From contig DATBMD010000225.1 in the NCBI GenBank assembly GCA_036555085.1, positions 1 through 60,231 on the forward strand: 60,231 nt of DNA, read 5' to 3'. Of the stretch, positions 48,927 to 56,313 are shown piece after piece. Every line of letters starts with the position of its first letter. The stretch's first letter is position 1. Source of the DNA: Gaiellaceae bacterium (GTDB taxonomy: Bacteria; Actinomycetota; Thermoleophilia; Gaiellales; Gaiellaceae). The translations under genes were made by a program, and so were the position numbers. Below the pieces are notes generated by a model that saw only the letters and a list, made by a program, of their open reading frames with translations, did no database searches and had not been told where the DNA came from.

Positions 48927-51287
48927 ATGCGCGATCTCGTCTCCGAGCTGCTGAGCGCCGACCTCGACGACCTGTTGGCGGAGGCGCGGCGGCTGCGCCG
49001 GAGGCCGCTCGTCACCTACTCGCCGAAGGTCTTCGTCCCGCTCACGACGCTGTGCCGCGACGTGTGCGGCTACTGCACCTTCGCCCGGCCGCCGCGTCGC
49101 GGCGAGCGCGCGTACCTCACCGAGGACGAGGTGCTCGCGATCGCGCGGGCCGGCCGGGCCGCCGGCTGCACCGAGGCGCTCTTCACCCTCGGCGACAAGC
49201 CCGAGCGGCGGTACCGCGTGGCCCGGGACGAGCTCGCGGCGCTCGGCTGCGAGACGACGATCGACTACCTGGCTCGCTGCGCCGGTCTCGTGCTGGCGGA
49301 GACGGGGCTGCTCCCGCACCTCAACCCGGGCGTGATGACGCGCGGCGAGCTCGAGCGCCTACGCACCGTCTCGGCGTCGATGGGGATCATGCTCGAGACG
49401 ACCGCGGAGCGGCTGGCGGCGAGGGGAGGGCCCCACTGGGCGTCCCCGGACAAGCAGCCGGCGCGCCGCCTGGAGACGATCAGGCTGGCCGGCGAGCTCG
49501 CGATCCCGTTCACCAGCGGCATCCTGATCGGGATCGGCGAGACCCGCGCGGAGCGGCTCGAGGCGCTGCTCGCCCTGAGGGCGCTCGGCGAGGAGCACGG
49601 CCACATCGGCGAGGTGATCGTCCAGAACTTCCGCGCCAAGCCGGGGACCCGGATGGCCGGTCACCCGGAGCCGTCGCTCGACGAGCACCTCTGGACGATC
49701 GCCGCCGCCCGCGTCCTGCTCGGCTCCGGCTGGCACGTGCAGGCGCCGCCGAACCTCGCGTTCGACGACTTCCCGCGGCTCCTCGACGCGGGGATCGACG
49801 ACTGGGGCGGCGTCTCGCCGGTGACGATCGACCACGTCAACCCCGAAGCGCCCTGGCCCGAGCTCGAGCGGTTGGCGGCGGCGACCCGCTCGCGCGGCCT
49901 GGAGCTCGCGGCCCGGCTGCCGCTGTACCCCGAGCACGTCGGGGACCTGGGCCGCTGGGTCGACGAGGCCGTGCGGCCGCACGTGCTGCGCGCGTCCGAC
50001 GGGATGGGGCTCGCGCGCGAGGATCGCTACGCGCCGGGCGAGCCCGTCGACGTCCCGTTCCTCGTCCGGCGGGACGCACCGCCGCTCGAGCTGAGCGGCG
50101 ACGAGCTGGGCGAGGACGAGCTGGTCCGGCTCCTCGAGACCAGAGGGGCCGAGCGCGAACGGGTGCTGGCCGCCGCCGACAGGCTGCGCCGGGCCGTCAA
50201 GGGCGACGAGGTGACGTACGTCGTCACGCGCAACATCCAGTACACCAACGTCTGCTACTTCCGCTGCGGCTTCTGCGCGTTCTCCAAGGGGAAGCTGGCG
50301 GCGAACCTGCGCGGGCCGGCCTACCTCGTGCCGCTGGACGAGATCGTGCGGCGCTCGGTCGAGGCCTGGGAGCGCGGCGCGGTCGAGGTGTGCCTCCAGG
50401 GCGGTATCCACCCGGCCTTCACCGGCGACTACTACGCCGAGGTCGTCTCGGCGATCAGGGACGCCGTCCCCGCCCTGCACGTCCACGCGTTCTCGGCGCT
50501 CGAGATCTGGCAGGGCGCGGCGACGCTCGGGATCGGCCTCGACGCGTATCTGGCACGGCTCCGGGGGCTGGGCCTCGGCTCGCTGCCGGGCACGGCGGCG
50601 GAGATCCTGGACGACGAGGTGCGTGCCGTCATCTGCCCGGACAAGGTGACGACGTCCCAGTGGCTGGAGGTGCACGACGCCGCGCACCGGGCCGGCCTGC
50701 GCTCCAACGTGACGATGATGTTCGGCCACGTCGACGGCCCGCGAAACTGGGCCAGGCATCTGATGCGCGCCCGCGAGCAGCAGCGGCGGACCGGCGGCTT
50801 CACCGAGCTCGTGCCGCTTCCGTTCGTGCCGATGGAGGCTCCGATCTTCCTCCAGGGACGTGCCCGGCGCGGGCCGACGTTCGGCGAGGCGCTGCTCGTC
50901 CACGCGGTCGCGCGTCTCGCGCTCCACCCCTGGATCGAGAACGTGCAGGCGTCGTGGGTGAAGCTCGGCCCGGACGGCGTCCGGCAGGCGCTGGCCGCGG
51001 GCGTGAACGACCTCGGCGGGACGTTGATGAACGAGTCGATCTCGCGGGCGGCCGGCTCGGAGTGGGGGCAGGAGCTGCCCCCGGAGCGGATGGAGGCGTT
51101 GATCCGCTCGGCGGGCCGTGTCCCGCGCCAGCGGACGACGCTCTACGAGCCGGCGCCCGAGGAGCGGCGCCGCGCGTCGTTCGGCGCCGTGCCGCTGGCG
51201 GAGCCGCTCAACCCGCCGGTGGGGGAGGCGGGGCTGAAGGCGCCGCCGCGGCTCGTGCGGCCCGGTTACGCGCGGGCGGCCCGCTGA
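48927..51287 (+). CDS. fbiC: Bifunctional FO synthase (CofG+CofH), F420 biosynthesis
   Basis: Two radical-SAM motifs (CRDVCGYC and CYFRCGFC), plus GIDDWGGVSP, LPGTAAEILDD and GGTLMNESISR. Confidence 0.93.
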   Translation: MRDLVSELLSADLDDLLAEARRLRRRPLVTYSPKVFVPLTTLCRDVCGYCTFARPPRRGERAYLTEDEVLAIARAGRAAGCTEALFTLGDKPERRYRVARDELAALGCETTIDYLARCAGLVLAETGLLPHLNPGVMTRGELERLRTVSASMGIMLETTAERLAARGGPHWASPDKQPARRLETIRLAGELAIPFTSGILIGIGETRAERLEALLALRALGEEHGHIGEVIVQNFRAKPGTRMAGHPEPSLDEHLWTIAAARVLLGSGWHVQAPPNLAFDDFPRLLDAGIDDWGGVSPVTIDHVNPEAPWPELERLAAATRSRGLELAARLPLYPEHVGDLGRWVDEAVRPHVLRASDGMGLAREDRYAPGEPVDVPFLVRRDAPPLELSGDELGEDELVRLLETRGAERERVLAAADRLRRAVKGDEVTYVVTRNIQYTNVCYFRCGFCAFSKGKLAANLRGPAYLVPLDEIVRRSVEAWERGAVEVCLQGGIHPAFTGDYYAEVVSAIRDAVPALHVHAFSALEIWQGAATLGIGLDAYLARLRGLGLGSLPGTAAEILDDEVRAVICPDKVTTSQWLEVHDAAHRAGLRSNVTMMFGHVDGPRNWARHLMRAREQQRRTGGFTELVPLPFVPMEAPIFLQGRARRGPTFGEALLVHAVARLALHPWIENVQASWVKLGPDGVRQALAAGVNDLGGTLMNESISRAAGSEWGQELPPERMEALIRSAGRVPRQRTTLYEPAPEERRRASFGAVPLAEPLNPPVGEAGLKAPPRLVRPGYARAAR

Positions 51288-51304
51288 AGCGGGAATCCGG
51301 CCGG

Positions 51305-51544
51305 TCAGCTCGCCGGCGCCGGCCCCAGCTGCGCCGCCGGGTCGACGGGCTCGTCGGCGAGCGCGAGCATCAGCCGCGCGCGTGACGCGTTCGGGTCGTC
51401 GGCCGGGCCGGCGAGGAAGGCCCAGACGAGCCGGCCGTCGGCGTGGTGCGCGTTGCGGACGGAGAGGCCCAGCAGCTCGTAGAACGCGATCGAGCGATCG
51501 AGGTCGGCGACGTGCGCGTACGGGGTGAGTGCGTCGATCTCCAC
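51305..51544 (-). pseudogene. Truncated VOC/glyoxalase-family gene (N-terminal module only)
   Basis: Reads LTPYAHVADLDRSIAFYELLG...RLMLALADEPVDPAAQ and stops after 79 aa. No second beta-alpha-beta module is evident downstream. Confidence 0.55.
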
Positions 51545-51609
51545 GAGAGTCCGTCCGGCGCACCGTAGCGGGCTGCGACGAGGGCAGCGCTGCTCGTCGG
51601 GCCGGGTCG

Positions 51610-52227
51610 CTAGCGGCGCCTGCGGCGCGCGTCGGCGGCGAGGGACGGCAGCTGCACGAGGGCTCGGGGGAGATCGCTCCGCGCGTGGTCGAGCGCGCCG
51701 TGGAGTGCGTCGGCAGCCGCGCTCCCGTGCAGCCCTTCGCCGTGCCCGACGAGCAGGTGCTCGGGGCTCAGGCCTCCGAGCGCGGCTCGGGGAGGCCGCA
51801 GCCGGAGCAGGAGGTGCACGCCTGCCCCGTCCCGGGGCGCGAAGAAGCGGTTGGTGCCGATCGCCTCGGCGACGGCGAGCGTGGAGGTGTCGGGCCACCA
51901 CAGGGCCACCTCGCGCCAGAGTCGCGACCTCCTGATCTCCAGCACGTGGAACGGGCTTTCCGGTATCGCGGCAGGTGTCGCGAGGTGCGGGACGGCGAGG
52001 CGCTGGGCGAGCTCCCGGCAGTCCCGGTTGTGCCGGTCGAGCAGCTGGACGATCCCCGCGGGCGTGCCCGCGGCGACGGCGCGGTCGATCGCCTCGGGCC
52101 AGTCGACCGGGTCGACGAGCCAGACCCGCCCGCCGGCGACCAGGGCGTGCGACGTGCGCGTCGCCGGCTCGTCGACCACGATCCACGAGAAGCCGAACGG
52201 CTGCTCGTCGCAGAAGCGCACCTCCAC
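51610..52227 (-). CDS. Hypothetical protein with a metallo-beta-lactamase-like fold
   Basis: TSHAL..GGRVWLVDP, QLLDRHNRD and HLLVGHG motifs. TACCGT lies 7 nt before GTG 52227. Confidence 0.7.
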   Translation of the reverse strand: MEVRFCDEQPFGFSWIVVDEPATRTSHALVAGGRVWLVDPVDWPEAIDRAVAAGTPAGIVQLLDRHNRDCRELAQRLAVPHLATPAAIPESPFHVLEIRRSRLWREVALWWPDTSTLAVAEAIGTNRFFAPRDGAGVHLLLRLRPPRAALGGLSPEHLLVGHGEGLHGSAAADALHGALDHARSDLPRALVQLPSLAADARRRRR

Positions 52228-52264
52228 GTGCCACACGGTAGTCCCGCGGTGGCGGCGGGTGCCG

Positions 52265-52364
52265 GGGGGTGGTGCGGGCGCACGTGGGACCGGGTACGCC
52301 GATCCGGAGCACCACCCCCGAGGGGGCGCAAGCCCCCCAAGAGCAACGCTACCGACGTCGTTGC
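52265..52364. ncRNA. Candidate structured RNA or repeat with three stems
   Basis: 11-bp stem 52265-52275 / 52309-52319, hairpin gggggc-gcaa-gccccc at 52322-52337 and stem gcaacg / cgttgc. Family not recognised. Confidence 0.3.
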
Positions 52365-52402
52365 GCCGGGTGTGTGTCGCGTTCGCGACGAGATCGTGAC
52401 GA

Positions 52403-53035
52403 TCAATCCACAGGCGCCGCGAGGTCGGATCTGCCGAGTTGTGTCACGGCCGCTTCGAACGCGCCCTCGGGCTGCGCGCCGAGCACCAACAGCCGGCCGG
52501 CGAGGAGGAACGCCGGCACGCCTGTGGCGCCGATCGCAACGGCCTGCCGGGTCGACCCTTCGACCACGTCGGCGTAGCGATCCGTCGCGAGCACGCTCTC
52601 GACCTCGGCCGGGGGCAGGCCGACGGTCGCTGCGATCCGGCGCAGCACCTCGCGATCCCCGATCTCGAGGCTGTCCTGCCAGTAGGCGCGCATCACCGCG
52701 TCGTGGAAAGGCGAATGCAGACCGTGCTCGCGTGCGAGCTCGGCGAGCCGCAGCGCCGTCAGCGATCTCGGCACGAGATCGGGATGCGGACGGTACTCGA
52801 GCCCGCGCGCGGCGAAGAACGCGCTGACGTGCTCGGTCATCCCGGGGCCGTAGCGAGCCAGCAGCTGCTCGCGCGGGAGCCCGCCCGACGGATACTCGGG
52901 ATGGAGGTCGAACGGAAGCCACGTGACCTCGGCGCCGTACCGGCGCCGGAGCCAGTCGACCGTGGGCTCGGCCGCCCGGCAGAACGGTCAGATGAAGTCC
53001 GACCAGACGACGATCCGGAGCGGCTCGGTGCTCAT
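52403..53035 (-). CDS. DsbA/FrnE-family thiol-disulfide oxidoreductase, probable selenoprotein (Sec16, UxxC)
   Basis: ATG 53035 gives MSTEPLRIVVWSDFI-TGA-PFC, and the frame continues into track ORF 52403..52840 ending GVPAF...GAQP. The TGA (52990-52988) occupies the catalytic Cys position. Confidence 0.82.
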
Positions 53036-53160
53036 GCTTTCTCCGCAGATCCCGAATCTGCAGCGGCAGATTCGGGATCGCGACAATCCCTGAAGAGGCC
53101 GCCGGCGCGGCCGGCGCCGATCAGGGGCGTTGCTCGGGAGGTAGACGCTGGACGTCTCAT
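53032..53160 (-). mobile_element. Peptide-encoding structured intergenic repeat, copy 2 (42-aa ORF MRRPASTSRATPLIGAGRAGGLFRDCRDPESAAADSGSAEKA)
   Basis: Homologous to 31934-32059 and flanked by GCATGAG direct repeats. Its ATG overlaps the hisA stop and its TGA overlaps the dsbA start. Mobility is inferred. Confidence 0.65.
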
Positions 53161-53882
53161 GCCGTCACCGTAGCCTCCAGCGCCTCTGCGAGCGTGAACG
53201 TCCCACGCAGGAGCGCGCTGCCTGCAACGGCGCCCTCGCACCCGAGCTCGCGCAGCGCGAGCAGGTCGCACACGCTTGCGACCCCGCCTGCTGCGAGCAC
53301 AGGCAATCCCGCCGGGAGCACGCTCCGCAGGAGGTCGAGATCGGGGCCGGCGAGCGAGCCGTCCCGGCGGGTGCTCGTGACCAGGATTCGCGCTACGCCT
53401 GCTTCGGCGCAGCGGTGGGCGAGCTCTGCCGGGCCGAGCTCGGACCTGCGGGCCCAGCCGTCGACGGCGACGCGGCCGTCGCGCGCGTCGATCGCCACGA
53501 CGAGGCGATCGCCGAGCCGTGCCGTCGCTCGGGCGAGGAACTCCGGCGAGAGAGCCGCCGTGCCGACCATCACGCGCGCCGCGCCGGCGGCGAGGGCCGC
53601 GTCGAGCGCGTCGGGTGTCCGGTAGCCGCCCCCGACCTGGACCGGGACCGGCACGGCCGCCGCGATCCTCTCCACCAGCGCGATCGTCGGCGAGCCGCTG
53701 AACGCGCCGTCGAGATCGACGAGATGCAGGCGTGTCGCTCCTTCGGCGGCGTAGCGGCGGGCAAGCTCGACGGGGTCGCCGCCCTCGACGGTCACGTGCT
53801 CCCGGCGGCCCTGGTCGAGCCGGACGGCGCGGCCCTCCAGGACGTCGACAGCTGGAACGACTTCGAACTCGCGTGCTAGCAC
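53157..53882 (-). CDS. hisA: ProFAR isomerase
   Basis: VPAVDVLEGRAVRL, LHLVDLDGA, QVGGG and RDGSLAGPD motifs. Confidence 0.9.
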   Translation of the reverse strand: MLAREFEVVPAVDVLEGRAVRLDQGRREHVTVEGGDPVELARRYAAEGATRLHLVDLDGAFSGSPTIALVERIAAAVPVPVQVGGGYRTPDALDAALAAGAARVMVGTAALSPEFLARATARLGDRLVVAIDARDGRVAVDGWARRSELGPAELAHRCAEAGVARILVTSTRRDGSLAGPDLDLLRSVLPAGLPVLAAGGVASVCDLLALRELGCEGAVAGSALLRGTFTLAEALEATVTA

Positions 53883-53906
53883 GTTACTACATTAGCATGC
53901 TAATAT
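53872..53906. promoter_or_regulatory. Putative YerC/HisR operator overlapping divergent leaderless promoters
   Basis: Perfect palindromes ATTAGCATGCTAAT (53891-53904) and CGTGCTAGCACG (53872-53883). The -10 elements TAATAT (+, 53901) and TAATGT (-, 53894) each lie 6 nt before a start codon. Confidence 0.7.
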
Positions 53907-53912
53907 GGGTGC

Positions 53913-54245
53913 ATGGCTGAGCGGGGAGCGCCGGCAACGAGGGGCGAGCATACGGTCGAGGCCGTGAGCGGGCTCGACGCGCTCTCCGACGTCTTCCTCA
54001 CGCTCCGCACACGGGACGAGGTGCAGCGCTTCCTGCGCGACCTCTGCACGCTCCCCGAGCTCGAGGCGCTCACACATCGCTGGCAGACCGTCCTGCTGCT
54101 CGAGCAGGGGATGCCCTACGTCGAGATCGCCGGCCGCGTCCCGACGTCGACCGCGACCGTCACGCGTGTTGCCCAGTGGCTCCGCCACGGAACGGGCGGC
54201 TACCGAACGGCCCTCGACCGCATCGGCGCGGGGCGCCGGCCGTGA
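53913..54245 (+). CDS. TrpR-like YerC/YecD-family repressor (probable HisR)
   Basis: FLRDLCTLPEL, RW and STATVTRV..WL.HGTGGY motifs; first gene of the his operon. Confidence 0.88.
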   Translation: MAERGAPATRGEHTVEAVSGLDALSDVFLTLRTRDEVQRFLRDLCTLPELEALTHRWQTVLLLEQGMPYVEIAGRVPTSTATVTRVAQWLRHGTGGYRTALDRIGAGRRP

Positions 54246-55126
54246 GCACCTTCACGCGGGCCGGCGAGAACGGCCGCCTGACGCTGGCGGTTCCGGCCAA
54301 GGGGAGGATGGCCGAGCCCTCTCTGCGGCTGTGCCTCGACGCCGGCCTGAGCTTCGAGGTGACCGAGCGCTCGCTCGTCGTGCCGTGCTCGAATGCGCCG
54401 GTCGACCTGCTCCTCGTGCGGCCGAGCGACATCCCGGAGTACGTGCAGGACGGAGTGGTGCACCTCGGCATCACCGGCGCCAACCTCGTCGCCGAGGCGG
54501 AGGCCGAGGTCGTGACGCTGGCCGAGCTCGGCTTCGCGCGCTGTACGCTCGAGGCTGCGGTCCCGGAAGACGCGGCGCCGGCGGCAATCGCCGACCTCGA
54601 CGGCCTTCGCGTGGCGACCGCGTACCCGGCGTCCACTCGGCGTCTGCTCGGGGAGCGCGGCGTCCGCTGCGAGCTGGTGCCTGTCTCCGGCTCGGTCGAG
54701 GCGGCCCCGCGGCTCGGCCTCGCCGACGCGATCGTCGATCTCGTCTCGACGGGCTCGACTGCGAGCGCGAACGGCCTACGCCGGATCGGCACGCTGCTGT
54801 CCTCGCAGGCCGTGCTCGTCGCCGGCGCCGCGGCGGTCGACGGCCGCCGGGAGGTGGTCGAGCGACTCGAGCTGATGCTGTCCGGCGTCGTCGCGGCGCG
54901 CCGCCGCCGCTACGTGATGATGAACGCCACCGTCGACTCGCTGCCGCGGATCCGGGCCGTACTGCCCAGCATGGGGGCGCCATCCGTCCTGCCGCTCGCC
55001 GAGGAGGGCCAGATCGCGGTGCATGCGGCGGTCGACGCGGACGACGTCTGGACGTTGCTCCCCGAGCTGAAGTCGGCCGGCGCGTCGTCGATCCTCGTCG
55101 TGCCGGTCGAGCGGCTCGTCCCGTGA
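54242..55126 (+). CDS. hisG: ATP phosphoribosyltransferase, long form
   Basis: AVPAKGR, VRPSDIPEYV, ATAYP, GSVEAAP and DAIVDLVSTGST motifs, with the C-terminal regulatory domain. Confidence 0.93.
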   Translation: MSTFTRAGENGRLTLAVPAKGRMAEPSLRLCLDAGLSFEVTERSLVVPCSNAPVDLLLVRPSDIPEYVQDGVVHLGITGANLVAEAEAEVVTLAELGFARCTLEAAVPEDAAPAAIADLDGLRVATAYPASTRRLLGERGVRCELVPVSGSVEAAPRLGLADAIVDLVSTGSTASANGLRRIGTLLSSQAVLVAGAAAVDGRREVVERLELMLSGVVAARRRRYVMMNATVDSLPRIRAVLPSMGAPSVLPLAEEGQIAVHAAVDADDVWTLLPELKSAGASSILVVPVERLVP

Positions 55127-56313
55127 CGGCGACGACGATCGACGAGGCCCTGCTCGGCGTCGCCCCGATCCTCGCCGACGTCCGTGCCCGGGGCGACGAC
55201 GCGGTGCGCGAGTGGACGGCGCGCTTCGACGGCCCCCGCAACGAGCTTCGCGTTCCGGCGGCCGCGATCCACGAGGCCCGGGTGGACGACGACGTGCTCG
55301 AGGCGCTGCGCCGGATGATCGCGGCGGTGCGCCGGTTCAACGAGGCGCAGCGGCCCGTCGACACGGTCGTCGAGGCCGCGAGCGGCATCGTCAGCGAGCG
55401 GCGGTGGCTGCCCCTCGACTCGGTGGGGGTGTGCGTGCCGAGCGGGCGGGCGCCTCTGCCGTCCTCGCTCGTGATGGGGGCGGTGCCCGCCGTCGTGGCG
55501 GGCGTCCGCCGCGTCGCGGTGATCACGCCGCGGCCGGTCGACGTGATCCTCGTCGCGGCACGCGAGCTCGGGCTCGAGGAGGTCTACGCGGTGGGTGGGG
55601 CCCAGGGCATCGCCGCCCTGGCGTACGGGACCGAGACGATCTCCGCGGTCGACAAGATCGTCGGCCCCGGCAGCGTCTACGTGACCGCCGCGAAGCTGCT
55701 GGTCTCCGGCCGTGTCGGGATCGACCTGCCTGCAGGCCCGAGCGAGGTCGTCGTGATCGCTGACGGCTCTGCGAGTGCGGAGGAGTGCGCCGCCGGGTTG
55801 CGGGCCCAGGCGGAGCACGGTCCGGACAGCGTGGCGCTGCTCCTCACCGACGATCGGATGCTGTCCGATGCCGTCGCTAGCCTGGTTGTCGATTATGACA
55901 ACGTGGATTGCGAGCTGGTTGCGTCGCTGGACGAAGCGCTCGTCCGCTCCGAGGCGCTTGCGCCCGAGCACCTGGAGCTGTACCTCTCCGACCCGGGCCC
56001 GTTGCTGGCGCGCGTCCGCAACGCCGGCTCCGTGTTCGTCGGCATCCCGGCCGTGGTGGGCGACTACGCGGCCGGGGCGACCCACGTGCTGCCGACGGGC
56101 GGCCTCGCGCGCGCCGCCGGCGGGCTCGGGCTCGAGGCGTTTCTGAAGCCGCTCCAGATCGTTCGCGCGAACGACGCAGGTCTCCGGCGCGCACGCGAGA
56201 TCGTCGACCCGCTGGCGCGTGTCGAGGGCCTGCCGAACCACGCGGCCGCTCTCGAGGCAGCTGTCCGAGCCGGCGCACGCGGGAACGCCGACGCCAGGGA
56301 GGCAACGGCGTGA
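55123..56313 (+). CDS. hisD: Histidinol dehydrogenase
   Basis: GGAQGIAALAYGT, DKIVGPG, AGPSE, QAEH, APEHL and GDY..G..HVLPT motifs. Confidence 0.92.
   Translation: MTATTIDEALLGVAPILADVRARGDDAVREWTARFDGPRNELRVPAAAIHEARVDDDVLEALRRMIAAVRRFNEAQRPVDTVVEAASGIVSERRWLPLDSVGVCVPSGRAPLPSSLVMGAVPAVVAGVRRVAVITPRPVDVILVAARELGLEEVYAVGGAQGIAALAYGTETISAVDKIVGPGSVYVTAAKLLVSGRVGIDLPAGPSEVVVIADGSASAEECAAGLRAQAEHGPDSVALLLTDDRMLSDAVASLVVDYDNVDCELVASLDEALVRSEALAPEHLELYLSDPGPLLARVRNAGSVFVGIPAVVGDYAAGATHVLPTGGLARAAGGLGLEAFLKPLQIVRANDAGLRRAREIVDPLARVEGLPNHAAALEAAVRAGARGNADAREATA

Noticed and set aside
52988-52990. dsbA treated as a nonsense pseudogene
   Set aside because: The TGA falls exactly on the redox Cys and the rest of the gene is intact, so selenocysteine is more parsimonious, although unproven without the sel genes.
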